From positions 256,001 through 320,000 of the forward strand of contig OY762428.1 in assembly GCA_963665665.1 (NCBI GenBank): 64,000 nucleotides of DNA, in the 5' to 3' direction. Numbering within the stretch: position 1 is the stretch's first letter; each line of letters starts with the position of its first letter. A program made the position numbers and the translations under genes. The notes beneath the pieces were generated by a model. That model worked only from the letters and a program-made list of their open reading frames with translations. It was not told where the DNA came from and made no database searches. The DNA comes from Candidatus Kapaibacterium sp. (lineage in GTDB: Bacteria; Bacteroidota; Ignavibacteria; Kapaibacteriales; UBA2268). This document shows positions 1-9,803 of this stretch, piece after piece.

Positions 1-118
1 AATCAGAACCGCTACGTCCTTCCATCATCCCATTCCAAAACTCATCTGTTGAATTACCAACGGCATTAACTGTTCCCATGCCGGTAACAACAACACGAGG
101 GAAATTGTATTTTGACAT
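1..118 (-). CDS. fabF: 3-oxoacyl-ACP synthase II, 5' part (runs off window start)
   Basis: Manual translation from ATG at 118: MSKYNFPRVVVTGMGTVNAVGNSTDEFWNGMMEGRSG, the typical FabF N-terminus; lies directly downstream of acpP. Confidence 0.9.
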   Translation of the reverse strand, partial: MSKYNFPRVVVTGMGTVNAVGNSTDEFWNGMMEGRSGSD

Positions 119-153
119 ATTCTCTCGTCAATATTTTATACAAAGACTTAAAA

Positions 154-393
154 TTAACCGTTAGTTTTTTCCTGCAGGTAAGCTACTACGTTTCCAACGG
201 TCTGGATTTTTTCAGCATCACTGTCGTCGATATCGATATCGAATTCTTTTTCAAATTCCATGATAAGTTCTACTGTATCAAGTGAATCTGCGCCAAGGTC
301 TTTTGTGAAAGATGCTTCATCTGTGATCTGAGATTCTTCTACACCCAGTTTGTTCACGATAATTTCTGTTACTTTTTGTTTCAAGTCTGCCAT
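154..393 (-). CDS. acpP: Acyl carrier protein
   Basis: [12 protein letters not shown] phosphopantetheine motif; likely ATG at 393 (ORF track extends to 402). Confidence 0.97.
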   Translation of the reverse strand: MADLKQKVTEIIVNKLGVEESQITDEASFTKDLGADSLDTVELIMEFEKEFDIDIDDSDAEKIQTVGNVVAYLQEKTNG

Positions 394-462
394 TTTTAAC
401 ACTCCGTAATTATTTAAGTGTTGAACATAATATTATTAATTAAAGAAATAGAATTTTCTTCT

Positions 463-1206
463 CTACATTGCCAATCCGCCGTCAACATGGATTACCTGTC
501 CGGTGACATAGGCCGCGTCCTCGGAAGCAAGAAATGCAACAACATTTGATATATCATCAGCTGTAGCAGCTCTGCGCAGAGGAATATTTTCAAGATATTT
601 ATTTTGCTGTTCTTCTGTCAGTTCATCTGTCATAGCAGTTTGTACATACCCCGGAGCAACCAGGTTTGCGGTAATATTCCTTGACCCAAGCTCCTTGGCT
701 ATTGATTTAGTAAAACCAATCATACCGGCTTTCGAGGAAGAATAATTACACTGTCCGGCATTGCCAATACTGCCAACAATTGATCCGATATTGATAATCC
801 TGCCTTTGCGCTGGCTCATCATATTCCTGATCAATGATTTTGTAACAATGAAAGTTCCCTTCAGGTTTGTATTGATAACCGCATCCCATTGCTCGGCAGA
901 CATTCTGAGAATCAGGTTGTCCCTGGTAATGCCGGCATTGTTAATAAGGATATCAATATTTTTGGATTCGCTGATAACCTGGTCGATTGCATTTTTTACT
1001 GACTCTTCGTTTGTGACGTCGCACTGAAGCGCAGTAATCATTTTCTGAAGTTCATCGTTTTCCGAAACGATGCCCTCTTCGGGAATAACATAATCAAGAG
1101 CATATACCCTTGCACCCTCTGATGCAAATCTTTCGGCTATGGCCTTGCCTATCCCCCGGCAACCACCTGTTACAACTACTCTTTTTCCAATAAATCTTTT
1201 ATTCAT
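463..1206 (-). CDS. fabG: 3-oxoacyl-ACP reductase
   Basis: SDR motifs TGGCRGIG, NNAGITRD, YSSSK; fab operon context. Confidence 0.96.
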   Translation of the reverse strand: MNKRFIGKRVVVTGGCRGIGKAIAERFASEGARVYALDYVIPEEGIVSENDELQKMITALQCDVTNEESVKNAIDQVISESKNIDILINNAGITRDNLILRMSAEQWDAVINTNLKGTFIVTKSLIRNMMSQRKGRIINIGSIVGSIGNAGQCNYSSSKAGMIGFTKSIAKELGSRNITANLVAPGYVQTAMTDELTEEQQNKYLENIPLRRAATADDISNVVAFLASEDAAYVTGQVIHVDGGLAM

Positions 1207-1261
1207 AATATCAGCTTTTCGTTAATTGTTTCTGATAAATTTTTCAATATAAGAAAAAACC

Positions 1262-2185
1262 TTACACAATGGATTCAAAATCGGCAGATTTATCGAATCC
1301 GCCAAGTTCCAAACCTTTAACGGTTCTTTTTACTAAGCCCTGCAGAACATTGCCCGGGCCAAGTTCAACAAATTTAGAAACTCCGTCCTCGTTCATTTTT
1401 CTTACGCTCTGAGTCCACATTACAGGAGAAGTCAGCTGCAATATCAGAGCTTCCCTGATTTCGTTCTCATCTTTCAACGGCAAAGCGCTGACATTAGCGT
1501 AAACAGGAACTTTTGCTGTTTCAAATGTTATCTCGTTAATTGCTTTTTCAAGTTCTTCTTTTGCAGGCTGCATAAGCGGCGAATGAAAAGCTCCGCTTAC
1601 TACCAGTTCTTTAGCCATTCTGGCACCAGCTTCTTTGAAAGCTCCGATATTTTTACGCAAATAATCACGTGAACCGGATACGACTACCTGGCCTACAGAA
1701 TTATAATTTGCCGCCACAACTACGTTCCCGTCGCCTTTGTCGGTTAGTTCTTTTGATACTTCCGCAACTTTGTCGTCATCCATACCTATAACGGCAAACA
1801 TTGTTCCTGGCTCATGCTCACCGGCATTGAACATCAGGTTTCCCCTGAGAGATACCAGCCTGAGTGCATCCTCGAATTTAAGTACGCCTGCTGCATAAAG
1901 AGCAGCATACTCGCCAACTGAATGGCCTGCAACGGCATCAAATTCAATTTTATCTTTTATAAGTTCAAAAGCTGCTGCTGAATGAACAAAAAGAGCAGGC
2001 TGTGTGTATCTGGTTTCTTTTAAAGTTTCCAGCGGCCCTTCAAAGCATATTTCGCTCAATTTATAACCAAGGACTTCATCGGCCCTGTTAATAATTTCTT
2101 TTGCTTTGGGATAGTCTGTATAAAGGTCTTTCATCATGCCTACATACTGCGATCCCTGTCCTGAAAATACAAAAGCTGTTGTCAT
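1262..2185 (-). CDS. fabD: Malonyl-CoA:ACP transacylase
   Basis: FSGQGSQ, GHSVGEY, SGAFHS motifs. Confidence 0.97.
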   Translation of the reverse strand: MTTAFVFSGQGSQYVGMMKDLYTDYPKAKEIINRADEVLGYKLSEICFEGPLETLKETRYTQPALFVHSAAAFELIKDKIEFDAVAGHSVGEYAALYAAGVLKFEDALRLVSLRGNLMFNAGEHEPGTMFAVIGMDDDKVAEVSKELTDKGDGNVVVAANYNSVGQVVVSGSRDYLRKNIGAFKEAGARMAKELVVSGAFHSPLMQPAKEELEKAINEITFETAKVPVYANVSALPLKDENEIREALILQLTSPVMWTQSVRKMNEDGVSKFVELGPGNVLQGLVKRTVKGLELGGFDKSADFESIV

Positions 2186-2198
2186 AATATTCCGTAAA

Positions 2199-3188
2199 TT
2201 ATTTATTCATATTCCATTTAAGCAATACGGAGCCCCATGTAAACCCGGCGCCAAAACTTGAAAGTACAAGATAATCGCCTTTTTGGATTTTGCCAGCCTC
2301 GTTCCATTCAGATAAACATATAGGAATCGTAGCGGCTGTTGTATTTGCATATTTATCAATATTTATCATAACTTTTTCTCTAACAAGCCCCATTCTTTTT
2401 GCAGTTGCTTCAATAATTCTGAGATTTGCCTGGTGGGGAACAAGCCATGAAATATCATCATGAGACAAACCATTGCGTTCCATAATTTCAGTGGATACGT
2501 CAGCCATTCCTTTTACAGCAGCTTTAAATACCGGCTGTCCGTCCTGGTGAATAAAATGTTTGCCGGCTTTAACAGTTTCTTCAGATGCAGGTTCGGCACT
2601 ACCGCCCGCAAATTGTTTCAGATATTGTCCGCCGTTACCGTCAATATGGGCGATAAAGTCACGCACACCACAATCATCATCATCAGATTTTTCAATCAAA
2701 GTTGCTGAACCACCATCACCGAACAAAACTGCCTGAGTTCTGTCGTTAAAATTGACGATGGAAGACATTTTATCGGCTCCGCAAAGAAGAACATTCCTGG
2801 AAGCACCTGATTCGACCATTTTTATGGCAGTGATAAGAGAAAATATATAACCGGAACAAGCAGCGGAAATATCAAATCCCCAGGCATTTTTGCATCCGAG
2901 TTTATCCTGAACGACTGCTGCTGTACAAGGAAACATGTGATCAGGAGTTACAGTACCAACAATTATTGTATCAACGTCCTCTTTAGCCAGTCCTCTTTCT
3001 GCCAGGCATTTTTCGGCGGCAGGGATAATAAGATCAGATGTAGCACCATCCTTTAAAAATCTTCTTTCGGAAATTCCGGTTCTTACTTTAATCCATTCAT
3101 CTGATGTATCCAGGTATTTTTCGAAATACGAATTTGGATAAACATCCTCGGGAACATAATGAGCTATTGATGTTATTGTTGCTGACAT
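2199..3188 (-). CDS. fabH: 3-oxoacyl-ACP synthase III
   Basis: DISAACSG, VPHQANLRII, ANT, FGAGFTWG motifs. Confidence 0.97.
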   Translation of the reverse strand: MSATITSIAHYVPEDVYPNSYFEKYLDTSDEWIKVRTGISERRFLKDGATSDLIIPAAEKCLAERGLAKEDVDTIIVGTVTPDHMFPCTAAVVQDKLGCKNAWGFDISAACSGYIFSLITAIKMVESGASRNVLLCGADKMSSIVNFNDRTQAVLFGDGGSATLIEKSDDDDCGVRDFIAHIDGNGGQYLKQFAGGSAEPASEETVKAGKHFIHQDGQPVFKAAVKGMADVSTEIMERNGLSHDDISWLVPHQANLRIIEATAKRMGLVREKVMINIDKYANTTAATIPICLSEWNEAGKIQKGDYLVLSSFGAGFTWGSVLLKWNMNK

Positions 3189-3189
3189 A

Positions 3190-4251
3190 TCATTTACCTA
3201 ACTGATTATTTTCTGACATTACCGGTGGATTCAAGGCAACATGAATTTTGCCGTTCAAATCATTATTCACTAAATCCGCGGCTCTATTGATCATTGATTT
3301 AATAGCTTTCGGGGATGATTTACCATGCCCGATAATCGAATTTCCGTTAACGCCGAGAAGAGGTACTCCGCCGAATTCCTCGTAATCAAATCCGCTCAGG
3401 ATCTTTTTAAGGAATGGAGCTACCATTAGTACCATAAGTTTGTTCAGGAAACTTTTTGATGCATAATCTTTAACGGCATATTTCAGGAAACCGGGAAAAC
3501 TTTCTGCAAATTTTAGCAGAATATTACCGGTAAATCCATCGCAAACAAAAACGTCGGCAGCCCCCTGAAGCATATCCCTTCCTTCAAGATTGCCAACAAA
3601 ATTTAATTCGCTGTCCTTAAGCATCTTATAAGTTTCTTTAACTACTTCTGTACCTTTGCTTTTTTCTTCTCCGATATTTATAAGGGCTATCTTCGGGTTT
3701 TCCACACCGAGAACCTGCCTGATATAAATACTTCCCATCACGGCAAATTCGTACAAGAAACGAGGCTTGCTATCGATATTAGCCCCAACGTCAAGTACCA
3801 AAGCCGGATAAGCTTTCTGGGTTGGAAAGAATGAACCGATTGTCGGCCTGCTAACGCCTTTTATCCTGCCAAGTAATACAGTTGAAGTCGAAAGCATAGC
3901 ACCGGTATTACCGGCTGAAATCACTGCATCTGCATATCCGTTGGCATGCAATTCAATTGCTTTGTACATCGAAGAATCTTTTTTCTTTTTAAGAGCGGCA
4001 GTTGGTTCGTCGTTCATTGTAACAACCTGGCTGGCATTAACAATTTCGAATAGGTTAACGTCAGCATCTGCCTGCTGAATCCCTGAACGTATTTTACCCT
4101 CGTTACCAACAAGGATAATCTCAAGATTTACATCAGGAATCTTCTCATTCAATGCCAGGACTGCACCCTGAATTTCATTAATCGGGGCAAAATCCCCGCC
4201 CATGGCATCTATTGCTATTCTTACCTTTTTTGGCAATTTATTTTCCAACAA
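3190..4251 (-). CDS. plsX: Phosphate acyltransferase PlsX
   Basis: IAIDAMGGDFAP, SAGNTGA, CDGFTGN, GHGKS motifs; TTG start. Confidence 0.96.
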   Translation of the reverse strand: MLENKLPKKVRIAIDAMGGDFAPINEIQGAVLALNEKIPDVNLEIILVGNEGKIRSGIQQADADVNLFEIVNASQVVTMNDEPTAALKKKKDSSMYKAIELHANGYADAVISAGNTGAMLSTSTVLLGRIKGVSRPTIGSFFPTQKAYPALVLDVGANIDSKPRFLYEFAVMGSIYIRQVLGVENPKIALINIGEEKSKGTEVVKETYKMLKDSELNFVGNLEGRDMLQGAADVFVCDGFTGNILLKFAESFPGFLKYAVKDYASKSFLNKLMVLMVAPFLKKILSGFDYEEFGGVPLLGVNGNSIIGHGKSSPKAIKSMINRAADLVNNDLNGKIHVALNPPVMSENNQLGK

Positions 4252-4277
4252 AGGAAATTAACAAAACAAAATACAAA

Positions 4278-4322
4278 ACCGAGACAATAAAAGGAATACA
4301 CTCCGATATTATTGCCTCCGGT
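4278..4322 (-). terminator. Hairpin plus U-rich tail between rpmF and plsX
   Basis: Minus strand accggaggcaataa...ttattgtctcggt followed by tttgtattttgttttg. Confidence 0.55.
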
Positions 4323-4369
4323 ATCCTAAAAATGTTGCACTCTCTTCTCTCATACTGCTAAGCCGGCCA

Positions 4370-4546
4370 TTAAGCGGATGCTACTACTTTTCTTCCGTTA
4401 TAGTAGCCACATTCCGGGCATGCTGCGTGAGAAATTTTTGTAGCGCCGCACTGAGGGCATGTATTTGTCTGAGTAGGAGTTGCCTTGTAGTGTGTACGCC
4501 TTTTGTCTCTGCGTGTTTTCGAAGTTTTTCTTTTCGGTTGCGGCAT
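4370..4546 (-). CDS. rpmF: 50S ribosomal protein L32, zinc-ribbon form, 58 aa (absent from ORF track)
   Basis: Manual translation MPQPKRKTSKTRRDKRRTHYKATPTQTNTCPQCGATKISHAACPECGYYNGRKVVASA; canonical position between yceD and plsX. Confidence 0.97.
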   Translation of the reverse strand: MPQPKRKTSKTRRDKRRTHYKATPTQTNTCPQCGATKISHAACPECGYYNGRKVVASA

Positions 4547-4575
4547 TTTTCAATGACCTTTTAATGTGAAATAAA

Positions 4576-5091
4576 CTAATTCAATTTTATCTTTTTTAAC
4601 GCGTCCCAGCGGTCGTCAATCTCATCATCTTCATTTTCTGGTGAGAGATTCGGATATAATTCTTCCAAATCTTTATCAACAGCGTCCGGGGCAACCTTTT
4701 TCATCGGGATGCCCAGCATAAGTGATTCAACAACATCGCGGGTTATATCCACGTATTTTTCATCTTCCCTGATCACTCGTTCTTCATTATCTTTAATTTC
4801 CTCGGCATCCGGATCAATTCCAAATACCAGGTTATTGTCGGCAATGAATGAAAGTAGCAGTTCAGTTTCAATTTCCTGTTCAAATTCCTTCAGGGTTCGG
4901 TCGCAAACAAGCAACGCTTTGCACTTAGCCAAGCCTCTGAAAGAAAATCGATTAACAAGTTTGGTAAGCTTTCCTTTTACCAGTACATCACCGAAAAATT
5001 CGGGCACAATCCCGTCCTGTTCCTTAGCAGGAACCTTTAAATCTATCTCGTGTTGTCCGTCTTTTATGCCATGTACTAATATTCTAATCAT
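4576..5091 (-). CDS. yceD: DUF177/YceD family protein
   Basis: CDRTL motif, C-terminal IDDRWDALKKIK, position upstream of rpmF. Confidence 0.88.
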   Translation of the reverse strand: MIRILVHGIKDGQHEIDLKVPAKEQDGIVPEFFGDVLVKGKLTKLVNRFSFRGLAKCKALLVCDRTLKEFEQEIETELLLSFIADNNLVFGIDPDAEEIKDNEERVIREDEKYVDITRDVVESLMLGIPMKKVAPDAVDKDLEELYPNLSPENEDDEIDDRWDALKKIKLN

Positions 5092-5162
5092 CGCTTTTTC
5101 TTCTTGTCAACCTCCAAAGCCTTCAAATATAATAAACAATTTATTTTTATGCAAGAAAAAAC

Positions 5163-5189
5163 AATAGGGATACAAAGTGTATCCCTATT
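5163..5189 (-). terminator. Intrinsic terminator of the TPR gene
   Basis: Perfect 12-bp stem aatagggataca/tgtatccctatt, T-run downstream on minus strand. Confidence 0.75.
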
Positions 5190-5220
5190 AATTTACAGAA
5201 AGTTTTCCACATTCCGGGAA

Positions 5221-6951
5221 TTATCCCCCGCAATTCAATGCACTGCGGTTTTTTGCAGCAAGCCTGTTTTTGGGATCTATGCTTAAAACTTTGCCATAAT
5301 ATCGGCATGCACTTTCCACATCACCGGCACCCTGAGAACCAACAGCCCTGTATAGCCATGCTGTCGGGCTCTTGGGTTCGAGGTCCGTCCATTGCTTGGC
5401 ATATTTTGATATGTCGCTCCATTTTTTCTGATCAAGTTTCATACCACAAATCTTCTGATATGCCTGGCGAACGTTGTTGATGTATTTAGCAGTATCTGCA
5501 ACACCAATTTCAATAGCTTTAAGGAATAGTTCCTCGGCAAGTTTGTTATCGCCCAGATTGGCATTTACATCAGCAAGATAAATATAAGCACCGAGATTGT
5601 TTGAATCCAATTTTAATGCTTCTTCGAAATCAAGTTTTGCCAGACTGTCCCAGCCAATCTTCGAGGAATCCCGCAATCCGCCGTACATGTGAGCCATTCC
5701 GCGATAATAATATATTGTAGGCACAAGGCTGTCCTGACATGCTTCAGTTGCAAGACGCCGGTTAAGAACGTAAACGGACTCCTCAAATTTCTTCAGCCCT
5801 ATGAACATCCTGCCAAGCTTATACATCAGCTCGCAATTGTTATCCGGATATGTATCCACTACTTCCTTGTATGTATCAAGGGCAAGTGTTGTATCATTAC
5901 TATTGAAAGCGGAACTGGCAAGCCTTTTCAGGTCAACTTCTTCAAGTTTTGTTTCAGCTTTAAGTTTTTGATAATAATCGATTGCCATCGGGTAATTTTT
6001 ATTTTCAAAATAGCAGCGTGCAAGGTAAAGCCTTGATTTAGTTTTTACCGAGTCAATATTTTCTGCTACGATTTCCAGGTACGGTGCAGCGGAGTCGCAT
6101 TTACCAACTTCATAAAGTGACTGGCCGAGGTACCATATACCAAGGTAACCTTCTGGCCTTAGCTGTGCATAAGTATAGAAAGACTCAGCAGCTTTGGCAA
6201 AGTTCTTGGAAAAGAACAAAATCTTACCCTGCTGGTAGAATGCCTTGGCATTTTTCGGATCTTCCTGGGTAACCCTGTTCCACTCTTTAAGAGACCTTGT
6301 GAAAAGTTCGTTAGCCAAATCGTCATCATATTCCCTGTTTGCAAGCCAGTAATATGAAGTAGCAAGCTTAATTCTTGCGCCGATAAGGCTTTCATCTTTG
6401 GCAAGAGCTTCTTCATATTTATCTTTGGCAAGTTCGTAAACTCTCTGTGAGAAATAAAGGTCGCCCAGAGCTATGTATGCATCAGGAATATCAGAATTTA
6501 TTTCAACTGCCCTTGTAATTTCAAGTTCGGCCTGTGAAATTGAATCTGCTGCAAGGTATGCATAAGCCAGTTCCAGATAATTATAAACATCGTCTTTATC
6601 TTCATCCTTGGCTTCCAGAAGAACTTCGAAAGCTTCTTTGTGTTTGCCAAGTTTTGAATATGATTTACCAATTTTTCTTAAAATATATGGTTCATCGCCT
6701 TCAATATCTTCAGCTTTTTTATATAGATCCAGAGCTTCTTCCCATTTTTCCAGTTCAGCGTAGATATCACCACATAGCATGATAAATTTTACGTCTTTTT
6801 TATTTTCCTGTACTGCCTGAGGTATAAGTTTGGCAGCTTCCACGTAATCTTTGTTTTCGGCCATAGCCTCTACCTGATCTGCCGTATCGGATGCAGACAG
6901 GGTTGAAATACAGAACATTAATACGAGTAATACAGATGATAATATCCTCAT
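5221..6951 (-). CDS. Exported multi-TPR protein
   Basis: Signal peptide then repeated TPR-like helical units (e.g. AYIALGDLYFSQRVYELAKDKYEEAL). Confidence 0.85.
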   Translation of the reverse strand: MRILSSVLLVLMFCISTLSASDTADQVEAMAENKDYVEAAKLIPQAVQENKKDVKFIMLCGDIYAELEKWEEALDLYKKAEDIEGDEPYILRKIGKSYSKLGKHKEAFEVLLEAKDEDKDDVYNYLELAYAYLAADSISQAELEITRAVEINSDIPDAYIALGDLYFSQRVYELAKDKYEEALAKDESLIGARIKLATSYYWLANREYDDDLANELFTRSLKEWNRVTQEDPKNAKAFYQQGKILFFSKNFAKAAESFYTYAQLRPEGYLGIWYLGQSLYEVGKCDSAAPYLEIVAENIDSVKTKSRLYLARCYFENKNYPMAIDYYQKLKAETKLEEVDLKRLASSAFNSNDTTLALDTYKEVVDTYPDNNCELMYKLGRMFIGLKKFEESVYVLNRRLATEACQDSLVPTIYYYRGMAHMYGGLRDSSKIGWDSLAKLDFEEALKLDSNNLGAYIYLADVNANLGDNKLAEELFLKAIEIGVADTAKYINNVRQAYQKICGMKLDQKKWSDISKYAKQWTDLEPKSPTAWLYRAVGSQGAGDVESACRYYGKVLSIDPKNRLAAKNRSALNCGG

Positions 6952-6955
6952 TATT

Positions 6956-7909
6956 CTAATCCTCTTGAATTAATCTAAATTTAGCAAAAGCGGGAACAAT
7001 CCCTGATTCTTTAAAATAAACCTGTACTTTAGTTTCTTTGCCCAGATATGAAGCAAACCAATATGGGAGATTTTTTATCTCCTCGAGTAAATATGCACGA
7101 TATGTAACCATATACGGATATTTTTCCATTACGAAATATGCCTGGTGAACAGGTTTCGGGCTGATATATGCCCCTGTGCTATCCTGCCACCCAATCATCA
7201 GAGCTTTGAATTTCTTGCTGCTAACATCAGGATAAACCTGCCCGAGATAGCCGATGCCAAGAGCATTTTCTGTTTCATCAACAGATGCTTTAACAGCCTC
7301 CGGCCCGTCAGTGAAATTGATTTTCACCCTCGGTTTGGAATCCTTCAGAACAAGCTTTTCAAGATTAGCATATTCTGATGATTTAAAACTGTTCATAAAA
7401 ATTTCCGGTTCCGAGTCGAATTTTCCGGGGAAACATTTTCCGAATGTTGTTCTGCCAAGAAGAATATCCCTTATCTGACTATCATTGAGTGTATCAATAG
7501 GAAAATCATTTTTCACGAAGAATACCAACCCGTCTTTTGCAATATCAAAAAACAGGTGGGGCTTTACAGCGAACTCTTTCATAAGGGAATCTTCGTCGCG
7601 AAGATAGCCACGGGATGTTACTACAACTCTCTGATTCCCGGAAAACAACTGTTTCATTGATTCTCTTGAATCTGCAACAGATACTGTAAGGTCAACATCC
7701 TTGTATTGCTCCCTGTACCATTGAATTGGTTTTTCAAGTATGGGAAAAATACCGTCTTCCACGTAGCAGGAAAGCGTACCGGAATTAATGGATTCCCACC
7801 TTCCCTTGTCTGCCTGAACATCTCCATCGCCGCTGCCACACGAGCTAAGTAGTACACCTGCCCAGGCAATAAACAGCAATGAAATATAAATTTTTCTAAT
7901 CATCATCAT
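6956..7909 (-). CDS. PstS-like periplasmic binding lipoprotein
   Basis: Lipobox LSSC; IAKDGLVFFV, ALGIGY and YP motifs of the PBP_like_2 family. Confidence 0.75.
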   Translation of the reverse strand: MMMIRKIYISLLFIAWAGVLLSSCGSGDGDVQADKGRWESINSGTLSCYVEDGIFPILEKPIQWYREQYKDVDLTVSVADSRESMKQLFSGNQRVVVTSRGYLRDEDSLMKEFAVKPHLFFDIAKDGLVFFVKNDFPIDTLNDSQIRDILLGRTTFGKCFPGKFDSEPEIFMNSFKSSEYANLEKLVLKDSKPRVKINFTDGPEAVKASVDETENALGIGYLGQVYPDVSSKKFKALMIGWQDSTGAYISPKPVHQAYFVMEKYPYMVTYRAYLLEEIKNLPYWFASYLGKETKVQVYFKESGIVPAFAKFRLIQED

Positions 7910-8108
7910 CTTGTCTCCTGTTTTTGTAACGATTCTTGGTTGACCTGTATATTATTATTCTGTACAGGCCAAACAGAATAAAAATCACCCCCATGACTTT
8001 CAAAAAATAATCGTCGTGACTCGGCGACGACAGCAACCCGCTGAGCAAAAATATACCCATCAGGATTATCAGGCCGCGGATTCCATAGTTGATGATATCG
8101 TTAATCAA
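7896..8108 (-). CDS. Small two-TM membrane protein
   Basis: Two hydrophobic segments and a charged tail; overlaps the start of the downstream PBP gene. Confidence 0.65.
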   Translation of the reverse strand: MINDIINYGIRGLIILMGIFLLSGLLSSPSHDDYFLKVMGVIFILFGLYRIIIYRSTKNRYKNRRQDDDD

Positions 8109-8172
8109 TTCAAATCACCGGAAAAGTTCAAAAATATTTTCAAATAGGAACTGATATTACTTTTATACTTTC

Positions 8173-8251
8173 GTCATTCTGAACACAGTGAAGAATCCAT
8201 TCTTTCTATCTGCCGTTTGTATTCTTCGGTGCTTCGCATCCTAAGAATGAC
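8173..8251. repeat. REP-like imperfect palindrome
   Basis: gtcattctgaacacagtgaagaat ... attcttcggtgcttcgcatcctaagaatgac inverted arms. Confidence 0.55.
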
Positions 8252-8302
8252 ATCAGATATTATTAAATCGGTCTTAATAAAAGCACATCAGTTTTCAAAG
8301 AG

Positions 8303-8391
8303 ACGGGGTGTCCCTTCTGATTAAGTCCTTTTTCTTGGTACGTTTTAATAAATACCGGGAGAAAAGACCCAAAAACTCAGAGACACCCCGT
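8303..8391. other. Long (~90 nt) hairpin immediately after the tonB stop
   Basis: acggggtgtc/gacaccccgt outer stem; inner ctga/tcag and tcttggta/taccggga. Confidence 0.6.
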
Positions 8392-8396
8392 TGAAA

Positions 8397-9176
8397 TTAT
8401 CTAAGTGTGAAAGTAATCGGAATACTTACCCAGCAAGTAACGGGCTGGCCGTTCTGGATTGCCGGTGTAAAAGTTCCGTAGCTCTTAATTGCATTGATTG
8501 CAGCTTCGTTAAGAAGCTCGGAATCCGAGTACTCTACAAATGATTTCTTTGCTTTACCGTTTTTGCCTACAAGTACCCTTACGATAACTTTACCTTCGAT
8601 ACCAGCCCTGCGGGCCAGGTCGGGATACTCGATTTTCTGCTGTAGTTTAGCAAGGTCAACTCCTGGTTCTTTTTCAACCGGGATGAATTCATCCGGAGCG
8701 GGTTCTTCTTCCCTGACTTCAACTTTAACTTCTGTCTGGTCGAAATCAATATTGGAAGCAAAACCTCCAAGGTCAACACCATCGCCACCTTCTGCCGAAG
8801 CCCTGCCGAGTTCGTCCATTGCGGCGAATTCTTTCAGGTCTTCTTTCAGGTCAGCTTCAGGAACCGGAACCGGAGTACCGGCACGTGCAGCGGGGCCAGT
8901 GTTAATAACCTGCTGTGTTGGGGGCGGCGGAGCCGCTTCCTCAGTCATATCTTCCATGATGATATCTTCAAGTTTCATCTTGGCGATAGGTGCAAGTTTA
9001 ACCTTTTTCTTACTTTCATCAGAAACATTACTTAAAACTAAATAAGCAATTAAAAATAGTAAAAGCAGCCCCATAGTAATGAGGAATGCCCTGAGAGTAT
9101 GCTTTTTGATCCACTCTTTTAATTCTACTGCTCCGTAATCGGAACGTTTCAATTCAACTGTTGTGGTTGCAGCCAT
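8397..9176 (-). CDS. tonB: TonB family energy transducer
   Basis: YGAVELK, N-terminal TM anchor, Pro-rich linker, YPDLARRAGIEGKV TonB_C domain. Confidence 0.92.
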   Translation of the reverse strand: MAATTTVELKRSDYGAVELKEWIKKHTLRAFLITMGLLLLFLIAYLVLSNVSDESKKKVKLAPIAKMKLEDIIMEDMTEEAAPPPPTQQVINTGPAARAGTPVPVPEADLKEDLKEFAAMDELGRASAEGGDGVDLGGFASNIDFDQTEVKVEVREEEPAPDEFIPVEKEPGVDLAKLQQKIEYPDLARRAGIEGKVIVRVLVGKNGKAKKSFVEYSDSELLNEAAINAIKSYGTFTPAIQNGQPVTCWVSIPITFTLR

Positions 9177-9766
9177 TATTCAGTTACCTCCTCTGCTCCG
9201 TCGGAGATAAGTTCCATATCCTCCTCCAAAAACGGAGCAATTGTAAATCTTCTCTTACGTTCTTCGATAGTTTCACCTTTATCATTTACCTGGCCAACAA
9301 CTTTTTCAGATATAAAAGCTTCGGCAAGGTTCAATTCATCCAGAATTTTAACAACTTCTGAATAAGGAACTTCATCGTGTATTTTAAGAGAAACAATTAC
9401 ATCATTAAATTTACCTGTTTCAATATGCTGACGTTCTATCAGGGCGCGAAGTTTTTTCATATCAACTTCTTCCGGCTGGTCCAAACCCATGTTCCAGAAG
9501 ATAGCTCCGTCATCCCTCACCCTCAGAGAAAGAAGGTCATTTTCATCAACTTCAACAGTTTCTTTAATTTCCGGAGGAATGGCCATTTCCATAATCTGTG
9601 GCTGTGCCATAGTAGTTGTAAACATAAAGAAAGTAAGCAGAAGGAATGTGATATCCACGAGTGGAGTCATATCCAAGTGGAAACCAACCCTTTTCATTTT
9701 CTTGCGTTTACTGGCTTTTCCGCGTTTAGAACGCTCTGCTCCTAATGCGCCTCCGCCACCTGCCAT
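9176..9766 (-). CDS. exbD: ExbD/TolR family protein
   Basis: DMTPLVDITFLLLTFFM TM motif. Confidence 0.92.
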   Translation of the reverse strand: MAGGGGALGAERSKRGKASKRKKMKRVGFHLDMTPLVDITFLLLTFFMFTTTMAQPQIMEMAIPPEIKETVEVDENDLLSLRVRDDGAIFWNMGLDQPEEVDMKKLRALIERQHIETGKFNDVIVSLKIHDEVPYSEVVKILDELNLAEAFISEKVVGQVNDKGETIEERKRRFTIAPFLEEDMELISDGAEEVTE

Positions 9767-9803
9767 AATAATTCTCCTTTATAAATTTCAGGATTATAAA
9801 AAA

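Noticed and set aside
8494-9045. 183-aa Ser-rich + strand ORF, and similar antisense ORFs such as 4709-5167, 9489-9974, 18683-19150, 31588-32049, 46211-46570 and 53167-53619
   Set aside because: Each lies opposite a confidently identified gene and has no recognisable motif
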